Origin: Pseudogymnoascus verrucosus
Taxonomy: Eukaryota
Assembly: GCA_001662655.1 (NCBI GenBank)
Contig: KV460227.1
Reading direction: 5' to 3' (one strand)
DNA length: 64,000 nt
The notes beneath the pieces are model-generated. The model did not search any database, was not told the origin of the DNA, and was given only the letters and a program-made list of their open reading frames with translations. Below are positions 25,058-38,446 of the stretch, piece by piece; the first letter of the stretch is position 1, and each line of letters begins with the position of its first letter. The translations under genes were made by a program, and so were the position numbers.

Positions 25058-25457
25058 TGCGGCTCTCATCCCAAGTTGGATTTTATCACGAGACTGGGTA
25101 TATATAGGTTGGCAGTTTGTTCTTGTAGATGTACGACTCTCAATGACGGGCCTGGGAGGAAACGGAGTTAAAGGGACGGATAACGGTCATATTCCTGTAT
25201 GTATTGTACTATACTATTTGTAACGATTATACGATGCACGAAGCAAACTAGATTTACGGAATCAAATCTTGCTTGTATTCAAAACAGTCTAACTAAAACT
25301 ATCGTATCGTGACTATCAACCACTACCAAATCGTGCCTTTCCATCTCATCTCAGCTCGCATAGATAGCCCGTAATTTTTAAAACATGAAAACTTATATAG
25401 CGGCATATCCAATCTCAGTAAACCAGCCCCTAAGTATCCCCCTTCTCTGCTCGCAAA

Positions 25458-28400
25458 TTAAACCAACGCAGGTCCATCCCATCTAATCTTCAAACTCGTT
25501 GGGATAGGCCAGATATCACTCCAATCTGGCTTCAAATAGACAGTGTAGCCATGCTCAGCAGGCACCTTCCTCACCCCTTCCCGGTTCGCTGGATCAAGCC
25601 TCAGACCCTTCAGCCTCAGGATAGCCCTGAACATTGTCGTCATTGCGACCTTGCTCGCGTCGACGCCAGCGCACTCATGGGGCCCATAGCCATAGTGGAT
25701 GTAGCTGTCCAGTGGGCGTGTGACATCTACCTTAAGTGGATCGGGGAAAGCGACTGGGTCACGCGAGGCGCGCACGATGTTGGCAAGGATGCGGTGGTTC
25801 TTGGGAATCTGGACGGTGCGATCGTGGTCTTGGACTGTCATGTCAACCGCGGCCTCACGGAAGAGACCAGCGGTGTGGCGGAGGCGGGCGCCTTCCATGA
25901 AACTGGGTCTGTTAGCTGGGAGATGCGGTGAGGGGGCGTTCAGGTGCAGTGACTTACTAGTGCAACAACAGGTCCTCACTCTCAACTGTCTCGTGCTCTG
26001 CAATCTCTTGCATCTTCGGCAAGTGCTCGATGCCTTCTGTGAGGTAATAATCCACAACTTGGGAGAACAGCTGGCTCTGGTTCGCTACCATGCTACTCGC
26101 CGTCGGTAAGAGCTGTCCCCAGACAACTTCCTTCGTGCTGAGACCGCTCTGTAGTAGCCGTTGGATCGTGTGCAAGCCATAATCCTCAAGTTGACTCTTT
26201 GCCCGTATCTTCTCAACAAACTCAGCTATCTTTCCAAATCGAGACACAGACTCTACGTTGAGCAAGACGAGGGTCCCAAGAGATTTCGCGAGCATTTTGG
26301 CGGCCGTCTTGAGCGGGAATGATTTCTTGGGGTCGATGTCATAGAAGATGGCGAAGAAGAGGAGAGACAGGATCATACTGAGTTCTTGCTCCGTGTAGAT
26401 ACCGCGAGGGTTATCTTCTGTCTTTAACGGCAGCGAGAACAGGCTCGCTGAGAAGTGCGCATGTGCCAAGTTGCCCACGTCTCTCGTAATGTCGACGCAG
26501 TTCGCACCGCCTATCTGGTATGTGTATTTTTTGAGAAGCTTCTCGGTGATGTCTTGGTAGAAGGCTTTGACTTCCTTTTTCCAGTCATTAGGATATAGGG
26601 CCTTCATGACAAGTTTTCGCGATTCCTCGTTCGCGTTATCGTCACCCGCGAGGCAGTAAGTGTCGCCGTACCGTTCATTGGGCTGGGAGACGAGGAACTC
26701 GATCGAGTCTCCCCAAGTAACCTTCCAGTTAGTCTTATCATTCAGTATCTTCACTACGGCATCATAGCTATCAATGGAAACGACCTCTGGGGTCACCTTC
26801 GGAGGATTCCAGTCGTAGAGTTTGGCTGTGTCGAGATTTGTTTGGATAACAAGATTCTCGGCTGGCGTGACAAATGGAAAGTGGGCGTAGATGGAGTTGC
26901 CTTTGAAGGCATCCGGGAAGGCACCAAGGATCAGCTTGTACATGACACAGCCTTGGTCAACTTTCGTATCAAAGTTGCAGGCTGTGAACCCCCAGTTTGT
27001 CAAGGCTCTTCCATTGAAATCGGTCGTGTAAAAGCGATCACCGCGAACAAGAGAGACGGCATCAGATAGGATAGCCCGGCTGATGGTGTAGTTGACGCAA
27101 AGACCGGACCCAGGTGCCTGAGGAGGCTTGGCTTTCTCGGCCGTAAGGCCAGGATAGAGCTCAACGAAGTCGGGCGAGTCGTACAGATTCTTGAGTTTCT
27201 TGGCTACTATAGGGTCTGGGTTGATTTCCTCGAATGTCTCATGTGCCTTCAAACCGAAAAATAGGCGGAACTCGTTGAGGCTTGCCAGGTTCCACTGGCG
27301 GGCCTGCATTATCCCAAGGATTTCGATACTTCTCATAATGGTAGGTACTCTGTTGGCTCCGAATGAGCCAGCGACATCCAAAATCGACGAAGTAAGGATC
27401 TCCACAAGGCCTTCTTCTGGTAGCGTTCCATCTTTGTTGCGAGTAAGCCCGCCAAATGGACGCTCCAATGGGTCTTCGGGCAGGCCAGCGACGACTTTTC
27501 CAAGCCCTCCCATGAGTTCATGGAGTGGCATGTCCTTGTGATTTTTTCCTGGGAAAATCCTTTCGTACTCCTCCTGGATCCATTTATCATCCCGCTCCGA
27601 GATGGCCGAGTGCCAGCGGTAAATGAGATTAAACTCGGCGGAAACGCTGTTGCCCACTCCCTCTGGAGCGGGAACATTGAACATAGTCTTTGTGCTGACG
27701 GATCGTGGATCCAGGGCCCATGTCGACGATGTGCGATTCAAAGACAAAATCGTGCGCACATAATCTTTCACAATGATGTTGACATACAACCCGCAGGTAA
27801 TGAGCCTCGACGTCTGGAATAGGTCCTCGTCATACTTTGCCCATTTGCTCGCGTCATCGTCCTTCGGTTTTGTAAATCGGCCATTCTCGTTGATCCTAGT
27901 TATGTCAGCTTCATCACAGCGATGCAACCAAAATACTCACAATGCCAGCATTGTCGCGGTTTTATTATGGAACCTGTTGAACATAATCAACATGACTCCG
28001 ACTCCCGGTGGCAGGCCCAATGTCCTTTTCTCAGAAAAGCAGTCCGGTTTCAGCTTTCCATCCTTGAACGTGCGAATCAGCTTCTGTTCGTCTCCATTTT
28101 TCCCGTACAATGGACTGAGGTCCAGATAGGAGCTCGTATCAGAGATGGTGTTGTCTTTGCTATTAGTACAAAATATGTCGTGAGTGATAATGGCGGCCAT
28201 GTAGAACAGAACGCTGCTAATTTTGTTCGGATGCTCTTCAAACGCATCCCCACGGTCCATGAGCTCATCAAAGATATCCCCGGGGTCCGGAAGTTGGATA
28301 TTTTGCAGGATCACAGGCTTCACAGACCGAGCGTAGTGACTGCCCGCCTGTCCGAGACTTGGGTGGCTGATATTGTTATTACGGCCATCGGCCTCTCGGT

Positions 28401-28794
28401 ATTTATATTGGCCCCCTAGTGACGAAAGAGGTGGGTGTGGCAGGGCATCCCACAGAGTGTTCACGAAGTTGTCTGTGAGATGCTTTCCTGTCTTCGAGTC
28501 CTCGGGTAGGCGCGACAGGCCTGTTACGAGGCGCTCGAGGAGGAGAGTGCTGTCATCCTGGACGCCACGTGCCTGGTCGTGAAAGGATTCGAGGAGAGCC
28601 TGGATATCCTCGGGTTCTACCTTCCCTAAGTCGGCACGTTTCGAACCATCAATTTTGAGAGGCTCGTTCGAGGGTCTGTGAGGGTAGGCGGCATTGACAG
28701 GGCCAAGGGAAGCATTGACAATGGCGGATACCTGGCCAAAGGCGCCTTCAATTTCGCCGCGGATAGACGTGTGTTTTTCAGGTATGGAGACCAT
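25458..28794 (-). CDS. Ppo-type fatty acid dioxygenase-P450 fusion (linoleate diol synthase-like)
   Basis: Peroxidase domain IITHDIF, SSYLDLSPLYG, EFNLIYRWH, LVRGDRF; P450 domain ANQSQ, EGARL, YGYGPHECAG; two introns. Confidence 0.93.
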
Positions 28795-29403
28795 TACGTG
28801 TGTAAATGCGGGGAAAGGCGGAGGACGGATAGTTGGATAGAAGGGGATATGATATGTATAGGATCTGCGGTATATACAAAAACAGAAGGCAAGAGACGCA
28901 GCAAGGGAGATAATGATGATATATTAAATCAAGAAGTAAGAAAAGGAAACCCAGAATATATATCCCGAAACACCCACATATATATGTACAGATATAGAGC
29001 GGTCTAGTACAGAACAAGGCTGTACGCGGCTGAGATACGAAGAAGCTGAGTGGGAGAGCTGATGGTGGGCTACATTGCTGAAGATATTCCCACGGACCAA
29101 TCAGTTGCGTTGGATAGGGGAGCATCGACATGCCCCGCACGCCTCCGCCCCGGAGGGGCCGATAATTGGCGCCTCGGCAACCAAACACGTTCCCTCCCAC
29201 GATGCCATTCTGACATTTTGTGGCCTAATCCAGGCACAATTGAGGCACAGCGAGGCTCAAACCGCTCACCGTCGTCGTATCATCCTGGGCGTTCGGGGTA
29301 ATAAAAACGTTGCATTGTTACGGTATGCTCACTGCATGTGCCTAGTCCCTAGGGCTGTGTATCCGAAATTGGCAAAAGGATTGGGGCCAAGACTACCAGG
29401 CAT

Positions 29404-32400
29404 CTATAGTATCTCTTCTAGTCCCTCCCTCCCTGCATTTCGCTGCGACTGTCGAACTTGTTCCGTCTCTTGTCTCGTCAGCTCCTCTTCCTCCCTGTCT
29501 TCGCTCGGGCTAGCATCATCGTCATCATCATCACTGCTCTCCCTCTCCCAGCTATCCTCTTCCCCCGTGGCAGCCGTGCCCGCTACCTCTTCCTTGCCCT
29601 TCTTCTTCACGAAATCCTGCGTGTGCGCCTCCGCCATGATCTTAGTAATCGTCATCCGTCGTCTCAATGTGCCAGGCCCCTGCTCCTCAGCCCTAGCCGT
29701 TGATGATGTCCGAGCGCGGAACCGGCTCTGTCCCGGGCTAGGAGTGGGTCGCAGGCTACCCGAGTGCACCTTCGCCATCTCGGCGTTCTCGCCGTCCTCG
29801 CCAATTGGCCGAACCATCGACTCGGAGGCTGATGTCTCATCTGTATCGTGCAACTTGTAAGGAAGCGGTACGTCGCGCGAGGCTTTAAAGCGCATCACGT
29901 TGGCTGCGTGTTCGTTCTCAACACGGAACAACGTCCAGACACCACGGCGATTAGCTTCCGAGAAGGAGATGAAGAAGGAGGCAATGGTGCTGTGCTGTGT
30001 GTTGTGCGTGAAGAAAGCGTAGAAGATCCAGTTGAAGCGGAGAAGAACATCAAAGACTATGGCTGAGTAGTAGTACCATGGTGATTTGTACCCCAAGACT
30101 GGTCGAAGAAACTTATGTTTCGCAGACGGCTGGAGTAGAGACCAATCCATGAAGAGATCCCAGAGCGTAGAGTAGATGGAGTTTACAACGGCGATAGTGA
30201 TGAAAATGGCCAGGTGTGTATTAGACTCCTTGATACGGTACAGAGACAGTGTGATGTAGTAGAGGATTGTTGTGCTGTACTTGCCGAAATTGGCAAGATG
30301 TGGAAACGCAGACCGAGTATCGTAGTATCGACGAAGGCATTGCAGAGCACGCCAAATTCCTGGAAGCGCTGTGAAAAATCCGAGGAGGCGAGAATGCCCA
30401 GAGTTGCATTGTGGTGGGTCAGACCAGTGATTCGCATAAAGGCAAAAGAAAAGCTCAATATTCTAGAGGATTGTCAGTCTATCAATTGCAACAAATGGTT
30501 AAGGGTATACTAACAGCCGTAACATATGTCAAAGAACAGTACATATCTCCCAAAAAGAAATCTCGAAATTCAACAGGGTATAATCCAGCGAGAAGTAAAC
30601 GCCACTGCTCAAGGTTAGCATTTATTCCATTAGTTCGATACCGGATAACTCACATGTGCATATGCAAACCATCTCCGACTCTGATTAAACAGTATCGGTG
30701 CAGGCAAAAAGATAAAAACCAAAGTAAGAAAAATTAAAATGACAGGGTAGTACAGATACATGTCAAGACTGCCGACACCCGAGAAATTTATCCAAATAAA
30801 TAATCCAAGCAGTAGTGTGAGGAATGAAGGGAACTCTGCCAGTTGCTTCCAGTCGAGATTGTTGCGCGGATCAAACTCGAAAATAAAAACGTAGTTGATT
30901 TTGTTAGCAGCCCAGACGCTGCAGTCGAGGCAGAAAAATGAAAACAAATATAAAGCGAGGAAATATCCCCCATATATTTGAAGTAGATAACCAGTGCGTA
31001 GATGGATTACTGGGTCGGAATGATTCCGAAGGATGGCGGCAGCGTTGACGACCCCCTGGATTCCAAAGACCGCACCGGTTCCAATAAGGAGGCCGCTGCG
31101 GAAGGCACTGGCCGTATGCTGTCCCAGTTTCCCATTTGTGCTGCGGAGCTTGCCCATGGCCACTTTGTGGTTCCCGCGCTCAAAGTATCGAGCATAGAGG
31201 TCTTCGACGGCGTGAAGGTGGCTATCGAGGACGCTGCTTTGGACGAACCAGGCCTTGTTGACCTTGTCCGACATATAACGCAAGGGTGGATGGGCGTTTG
31301 CTGCCTTGTCGTACTTTTTGTTGATCTTCCGGAACGCAGTTCGGTTCAGCAAGGCATATGACTTTAAAAGTTCAAGGCCACGGTAATACTCCTTCAGGGC
31401 AAGTTTAAGCTTCCTCTTCGCAGACCTATACGGGACTTCATGTTGATGAGCTCTCCGGACATAGTCTTGAGAAGGATCCGTCCCACGCGCTACTTGCGTT
31501 CCCTCTGACGGCCGGAGGTTTGGCGTGAGGTGCATATCGCGCAGCGCCTTCGAGTTTACGCCAAGTCTTTGCCCAAACTTTAGACCATCCAAAGCCTTCG
31601 TAACAGGTCTTCTCAAGATATTCTGATTGTGAAGGGGCGTGCCGCTCCCACTGGAGGGACTAGGGTTTCCGGAAGTGTCATCAATCGACTTGCCTGCCTC
31701 ACCTTTACCAGCCCGCTTTACTTTCCTGAAATTTGAAATTTCTTCAATGCGACGATTCCTCATCTCGTGTAGTTGTCCCCTCAGGACATTCAGCCTTTCC
31801 TCCGATTCGTCTTCTTTCTCCTTGTAAAAGGTCTCAACTTTGACCAGCTGCCCATCCATCCAGTCGAAGAATTCCTTTTCCTTTGCCTTCACATAGTCCA
31901 GGGGGATCATATTGACATCCAACGCCACTTCATCACGTCTCGCCCCAGAACGCGACCAGATTCGTTTCAGTAGCGGCTTTGGGTCTCCAGGGCTTGAGAT
32001 ATTCGCTGTGCTCCCAGTTACGGTCATCGAACTCCCGCGATTGAACATGTCCGCGATGGCTGGTCGTTTGGGTGCTGTGCCCTTTTCCACAACGGTATGC
32101 GCATTGTATGGACCCGGTGGCGCCTTATCCGCCGCGCCACCTCGATGGTGCGATCTAGATGTCTTGTCCGTGGCTCTTTCTGGTGGGCTACTGTCGATTC
32201 CAGTGCTCAGCGCCGGGTCTGGCAACTCGAGATGTACGGGACCATAGTCGCTAGGCGGCGTGGGTACAAAGCTTCCATACTGCAACTGTGTGCTATCTGG
32301 GCTCTCTGTCTCTTTTCCATTCCGCTTGTTTATGAGGATGGGCTTTGAGAGTTGGTCGCTCTCGTCGGAGGTGGGGCGTGATGCGGTGCCACGTCGCTCA

Positions 32401-32710
32401 GGCAAGGAGTTGTAGCCATGCGTCGTAAGCTGACGCTGAGGCGCAGGAAGCGCTGCCTTCCTAGTCAGGGTCGGAGAGCCGTTGCTTCGATAGAGGTCGC
32501 GCGGGTTGAGTTTGCCGGATCTAGGGGTTGCGTTTGCGTTTGCGCGTGCGACAGCTCGACCAACGGCCTTGACTCGCTTCTTGCCAGCCTTGTAGTCAAG
32601 GTATTTGACTCGCCATTCTAGGGGATGAATGTGAGTACGTCTCAACGAAGGGTTACACTGGCTGTCTCACCTGGAACAAGGTCCTGCTCGAGCTCTTTCG
32701 CAAACTTCAT
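29404..32710 (-). CDS. SYG1: SPX/EXS domain membrane protein (XPR1 family)
   Basis: MKFAKELEQDLVP|EWRVKYLDYKAGKK, ALLNRTAFRKINKKYDK (SPX); INYVFIFEFD, VEFRDFFLGD, RRGVWTLFRVENEH (EXS). Confidence 0.95.
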
Positions 32711-33482
32711 CTTAAATGTGTGCCATGCAATAAGCTATAGGATGAGCAAGTAAATTTGTGGGATACATGAGGAATAAATGATATAAGATAAGTCTATAAT
32801 GCTCTGTCCATGTTCTGACCAAGTTTCTGTCCAAGAGGGGCGAAAGTGAGGAAATGTCAAGATGTCCAAGGTGGGGAACGAGAGAATTAAAAGCAGGGGT
32901 GGTCAAAGATATGCCATACGCCATAATGAAATAGCTGATTGGTTGGTTGTGAGAACACCCCTGCCACTAGAAAGGTGCGTACTATATATAGCAACACCAT
33001 GGTTCTCGAATTGTGCCTGACGAGATGGGCTGATGGAGCAAAATAGCTCCATAATGATAATAATTAATAATAATTTAATAACAACAATAATTAAAGGGCT
33101 TAAAAGACTTAAAAGACTTAAAAGACTTGAGGAGTAGTCAGCTATATTTTAGAGATTTTAATAGCAGTTACAAGAATTTTTATAATGATTTATTTCACCG
33201 AATACAATTTTATTTTCTCACCACAAATATAATAAACTAGCACTAACAAACAATTTATCACGCCGTTATGTTTAAGGTTACCAGAGAATAAATATATAGA
33301 CTAATGGCACATCTCATGGCACTCTATTATCTGCTAGCACAAAATAGTTTCCATGTTCTTAGTTATGTGTGGCTGGCTGTGAGCGTGCCAGTACCCTTTG
33401 GTATTCAAGGGACACCATCAAATATATATACTAAATTTAATACATATACATAAACTTCGAGATGCAACAAATGCCGCTCAAC

Positions 33483-34353
33483 TTAAACACAGCTACCCGC
33501 AACATTCGTGTTGGTGACAAACTCAGTAAGAGCGGTCTGGCCGCAAAGAACACCTCTAACAAATGCGTCGGCGACAGCGAGGGCGCCAGCATTGCTGGTG
33601 TGAGTGTGGTCATTCGGGAAGTAAGAATTCACGGTTGTCGCGCCGCTGGCCTCGAAGGCGTTCGCTGTGTACTGCCCGTGGTCGACGTAGTCAACACCAG
33701 CGTTGCTGGCTGCTAGTGCCGCCATGCCGACAAATCTAGATCCGCTGTACACGAAAGTGCCCGACTCAAAAGGGTTGTTGGGGGTCTGAGACGATATTAT
33801 CACAGAAGCACCCTTGGATTTGATGGCATTGGCGGCATTCTCGAGGTATCTTGGGAAGGTCAAGACGGTCTCCGCAACACCACTGCAAGCGGGTGTTAGT
33901 GCACTATCTCATGTCTTAAAAGATATTCAAACTTACTTGTATACCGTCTGGCAGGTCTCATCTCCTGTTCCACCGCAATCAGTTCGGCCGTTGTCTGTTG
34001 ACAAGCTTCCTCCATCATTGTGGCCAAACTCGATGACGACGATGTCCCCAGACACCACGGTGTTGATGATTGTATCGAATCGGCCTTCTCTCGTAAAGCT
34101 TCGAGCAGATCGCCCTCCAATAGCATTATTAACTACCGGGATAGATAACGAGTCGGCGAGATATTGTCCCCATCCTAGGACAGGAGTTAGAAGCAGGTAA
34201 AGGCTTGCAAAGAATGACTAGAGCCATACCATCTGTTCCCGTTCCACTTCCACCACCGTTCTTAGCCATTGTCGAGTCACCGGCAAGGTAAACCGTGGCC
34301 GCGCTTGCTGCCTGCGACATGGCAGCGAGACGAAGAAAGTTTACTGCCACCAT
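33483..34353 (-). CDS. Secreted rhamnogalacturonan acetylesterase (CE12, SGNH)
   Basis: Signal peptide, [39 protein letters not shown]; two introns. Confidence 0.93.
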
Positions 34354-35188
34354 GATTGCGATGTTGCAAGAAAATTATGAAGCTTGAGGAATTGATCGAC
34401 GCTGGAGCTATGTCTTCATCCGAGGAGCGGACATGCGCCAGTTTAAATACTTGCAAAGGTCAAAAGGCATGACGTGGATTCAATCAAACGAGAAACGGCG
34501 GACGAAAGGGAATATAAGAAATAGATTGAAGGGCGGCATTAATACCGACCAACGACGGCACTCTGAGATCTAATCTTGGAGACCGCGGAGTAATTGCGAG
34601 CGAGAATAAACTGACGATTCGCGGAATTTCTCTGTCCGCGCAGATCATTCATGCGACTGAAGTGCACGGGAAGCATGGCGGCTAGTCCTTAAGCTTAAAC
34701 CAATGGATTAATGTACACAAATGCTGTCCATCGTTGTGGTGGAAACTGGGTGGATCTGGTCAGTGTCATCGAAGAAATGGGCTATAGGCCCTTCTGCCTA
34801 CCGATTCAGTGGAGGAGGTAGAAAACCAGAGACCTTTGTGCATAATTGCTGTGCTCAATGAGAAACTTCAGGTTTCAAGCTCATCCAAAGGTCGTTAGAA
34901 CGCTAAGTGTATTCAGTTCCAAATAGAGTGGCGGTTCCAGGACGCGTCTACCCCGCATATTTCTCCATACTTCTCCACTTACCCGGCTCTTCCCCGCCAT
35001 CCCCCCACACTTTCGACTGTTAATTCACACCGAGAAATATGGGAGGCCACCTATCATGAAGAACCGATCATCGCACTACCGACTATTGCTTATATTGAGT
35101 TTAAACTCCCGGCAAAGTACCCATCCCTTCTTCCCTTCTGATATTCACATCATGCCAACAGTCCGTCCTCATAACTTCTAAATCGTAG

Positions 35189-35388
35189 ATATGGAAAGAA
35201 CGATTACCAAGCAAAGGCTCAATCGTAGCTTCCTTGGGGATTGTTAGCCGTATATATGGAAAGAACGATTACAAGGCAAGCTCAGTCGTAGCTTCCCCCG
35301 AACTTTCAATCCCTATATTTGGAAAGAACGATTACCAAGCAAGCTCAGTCGCAGCTTCCTGGGATGATTTCTAGTCCTATATATGGAG
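35189..35388. repeat. Three-unit ~64-bp intergenic array: conserved ~44-nt hairpin-forming unit plus variable ~17-20-nt linkers
   Basis: GGAAAGAACGATTAC..AGCAAGCTCA(A/G)TCG(T/C)AGCTTCC begins at 35193, 35258, 35321; partial fourth start TATATGGA at ~35380. Confidence 0.9.
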
Positions 35389-35711
35389 TGTGAGGTGCCG
35401 ATGACCTCATTGTCGTAGAGTAGGAAACTCTTAGATTTTTTCTTTAGTCCTTGATGAACATAGGTCGCATATTGGGTTAACGGGTCGATGATTTGTTTGG
35501 TTTGCTATAACTTCTAACTGATGAAGAGATGGACTTGAAGAAAGAGGCGAACATATTGGATGTGCATAGTGATGGTTTCACAAACCACCTAACTCAAGTT
35601 GTTAACTTGAGAGGCTTTATAAGCAAGATGTATGAGCCTATGTAATGTTACCGTTTCAAATGCATCAAACGCAAGGGATGTCTCCATTGACTGGGCGCCC
35701 TACACATCTGT

Positions 35712-36851
35712 TCATATGTCCAAGCTGAACAAATGCGCATTCACCGCACTATTAGGCATCTCTGCTCTCGATAGCACCGCCTCAATATTCTCCATGCTCA
35801 ATCTCTCAAAACCGATATGTGTATCGACCGTCCCACCCGCATTGTGGCATGTGAGCATGACTTCTCTCCTATTCTTTAGCCTCTCATTCACCTTAGGCTC
35901 AAAGGTATGCACATCCAGCATCGCAGACTTGATATGTCCACTATCGATGGCATCTGCGAGGCTCTCCTCATCAACCAGGTTGCCGCGGGCGACATTGATA
36001 AGCCGAGCACCCTTCTTGAAGTGTGCGAGGAGCTCCGCATTGACCAGCACCTTGCCATCCGGGCTTGCCGGAGTAGCGACAATGACACAGTCCGACTGGC
36101 GGACCAAGTCCTGCAAAGTCGGCACGAATGCGGCGTGGACCTCTGCCTCAACTTCGCTGCTTTTTCTCTTGACATCATAGTAGAGAATCCGCATTTTAAA
36201 CGCCGCAAAGGCCTTTGCAGCGATAGCTTGCCCGATGTTGCCGAGACCAATGACGCCAAGAACATGACCGCGGGGGTTACGGCTCAAGGCAGTGGCATCG
36301 AGATGGCAGCGCGTAAAGCTGGTTGGGTCGCTGGCTGCGGTGGTGCACCACGTGAGCTGGCGGAAGGTGGAGAGGATGCCGAACAGAGCGAAGTCTGCAA
36401 CCGACTCGGTGCAGGCGGCAGCCGAGTTGCAGTAGATGATGCCTTGAGGGTGTTAGAGAGTGATTATACGATGATTACCGCGCTATTCTGCACCACGTGA
36501 GAGGGGAAACATACCGTGATTTGCAAGCTCATCAACATCTGCCCAGTCGTATCCGGCGCCCGCGCTCGCAAAGACTCTCACACCCTGTGGCAAGCAGCTG
36601 ATTAACTCAGCATCCCACTTCCCCATCTCCCCGCCGGTCGACCAGTAGGGCCTGAATATGGCATTAAAGTCCCCCCATCGTTTCTCCTTGAGTGCCTTGA
36701 TGAACTCTGGTCTTTGCCTCTCCTCGGTGGAGGGCCGGATCACAGTATAAAGCTCGCAGAAGCGAGCATAAATGGCCTCATTATATAAGATGGGATCGCC
36801 GATATGGAGAACAACCGGTTTCGGAGCTGGGTTATTTATATCGGCCGTCAT
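35712..36851 (-). CDS. D-isomer-specific 2-hydroxyacid dehydrogenase (D-mandelate dehydrogenase-like)
   Basis: FASAGAGYDWAD, IGLGNIG, LINVARGNLVDE, LDVHTFEP, CHNAGGT; one intron. Confidence 0.93.
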
Positions 36852-37319
36852 TTCAGAACTGACTGAGTGGTATTGAACTCAAGGCGGTGTGGTTATTCTC
36901 AGAGGGGTGCCGTTATAGTTAGATATTAAACACGCAAGTTCGTATAAATCGTAAAGCATTAAGTGCAGCAAATGTGAACGTGTAAATAGAAAACGGCAAT
37001 GGCACAAACGATATCAATGAGATAAGAGAAGATTTGAGCTGGTTGGTGCACAGCTTATTGCACAATCCGCCGCATTCGTACCTACCCCGTTGGTATCCGC
37101 TGCCACGTGCTCTCCCTGAGTGGACAGCCAAAAGGCGGTCTGCACGTGACTCCACTTTTATCATATTGAGGTGCATACATTACCAATTCACTATAATCAT
37201 GATGCCATCGCAAAAGTCAAATAAATATCCATATATATATTCTCCTCTCAATAGCTACATCCATATAACTAACTAGTGAGCGGGTATTTCTTGGCAACTG
37301 GTCGTTGTTTCCCGTCTAC

Positions 37320-38446
37320 CTAGAGTTGCAAGCTCTTCTTCAAAAACGCCTCAAGCGAGAGTGGCTTCACTTCTGGAATCAGATCGTTCAAAAGTGGTCC
37401 TTTGATGTCAAATAAGCCGATCGCCATACCGATGGTGAAAGTCTGCGTAATGCCATCAACCATAGGCTTGGGGACAAATGCGTAGCGAGGGATATTTGAA
37501 GGAAGCTCCGTAATCTTGCCCGCTTTGAGGTCCTCGACCGAAGAGTAAGTAACATCAAATTTGGACCCTAGATGAGCGCCTAATCAGCAATCTCCTCGTG
37601 GTTCATAATATATGGTTATTTGGGTGGTTACCTTTCACAGATTCGGCTACTGCGACTACTTCATCCAATGTGAGTCTATCTCCTTGGATAATTACCTTCT
37701 CGGGCCAGTCTGGCAGGCTCAGAGCAGCGGCAACGAAGCGCGCCACATCTGTAGTATGAGTAATAATGATGGTAGCGCTGCCATCGCCTGGGATACCAGC
37801 CTTCGCATGCTCGGGATCGATAACTATGGAGATAACATTTATTTGCGGCGGGTTCGGTGGCGGGCCGAAGAAATCCATGAACATCCCCGTGATGAAGCGG
37901 ATAGATGATAAAGACGGAAATTCCTTCAACTTATCGATCGCTGCAATTTTGAATTCCAAGACAGGATAGTCGAAGTCTCTATAGCATAGAGAGGTCAGCG
38001 AGCGGGATTAGATAGGCAAGCATGCGAGGGATAGGCTTACACCTTGGCTACTTCAACATTGTCAAGACCAAACTCGCTGGGAGCAAATCGCTTAACCGTC
38101 GACGTCTTGCCGACTCCCTCAATGAGGTTGAGCTGTGCGTCGCTTGCTTCTCTGGTGTTCAAATTGAGACACGATATCACGGTGTCGACGCGATTCTCCT
38201 CGAGGACGGCAGTGATGGTAGCTGGAACCGCGTAGTCAACAGCGAAAAGCTTGACGTTGGGTTCGGAAGCGAAGATGTCAGAATCCTAAAAACAATCAGC
38301 TACTGTGCAAGATGAGAGGTGGTGAACGGGCGATTAATCACCTTTCGGGAGAGCACGAAGACATCGTGCTTTTTGATGGCTACGATGGCATTGACAACCA
38401 AGCGGCCGAGGCTACTGGTTCCACCTGCTACTGCGACTCTGACCAT
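37320..38446 (-). CDS. NmrA-like/isoflavone reductase-like NAD(P)-binding protein
   Basis: VAVAGGTSSLG Rossmann start, KRFAPSEFG, GMFMDFF, TDVARFV; three introns. Confidence 0.88.

Noticed and set aside
29075..29860. 261-aa plus-strand ORF (also 11406-12200, 53691-54299, 56178-57068)
   Set aside because: Antisense shadows of well-supported genes with biased codon use.
33050..33330. AT-rich patch with (AAAAGACTT)x3, possible RIP relic
   Set aside because: No termini or coding remnants; cannot be distinguished from ordinary intergenic DNA.
35189..35388. True CRISPR array
   Set aside because: Eukaryotic context, no cas genes, spacers short and related to each other; kept only as an unexplained repeat.
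3084..38446. Secondary-metabolite gene cluster (TF, oxygenase, dehydrogenase, NmrA)
   Set aside because: No PKS, NRPS or terpene backbone gene; these genes are dispersed among housekeeping loci.
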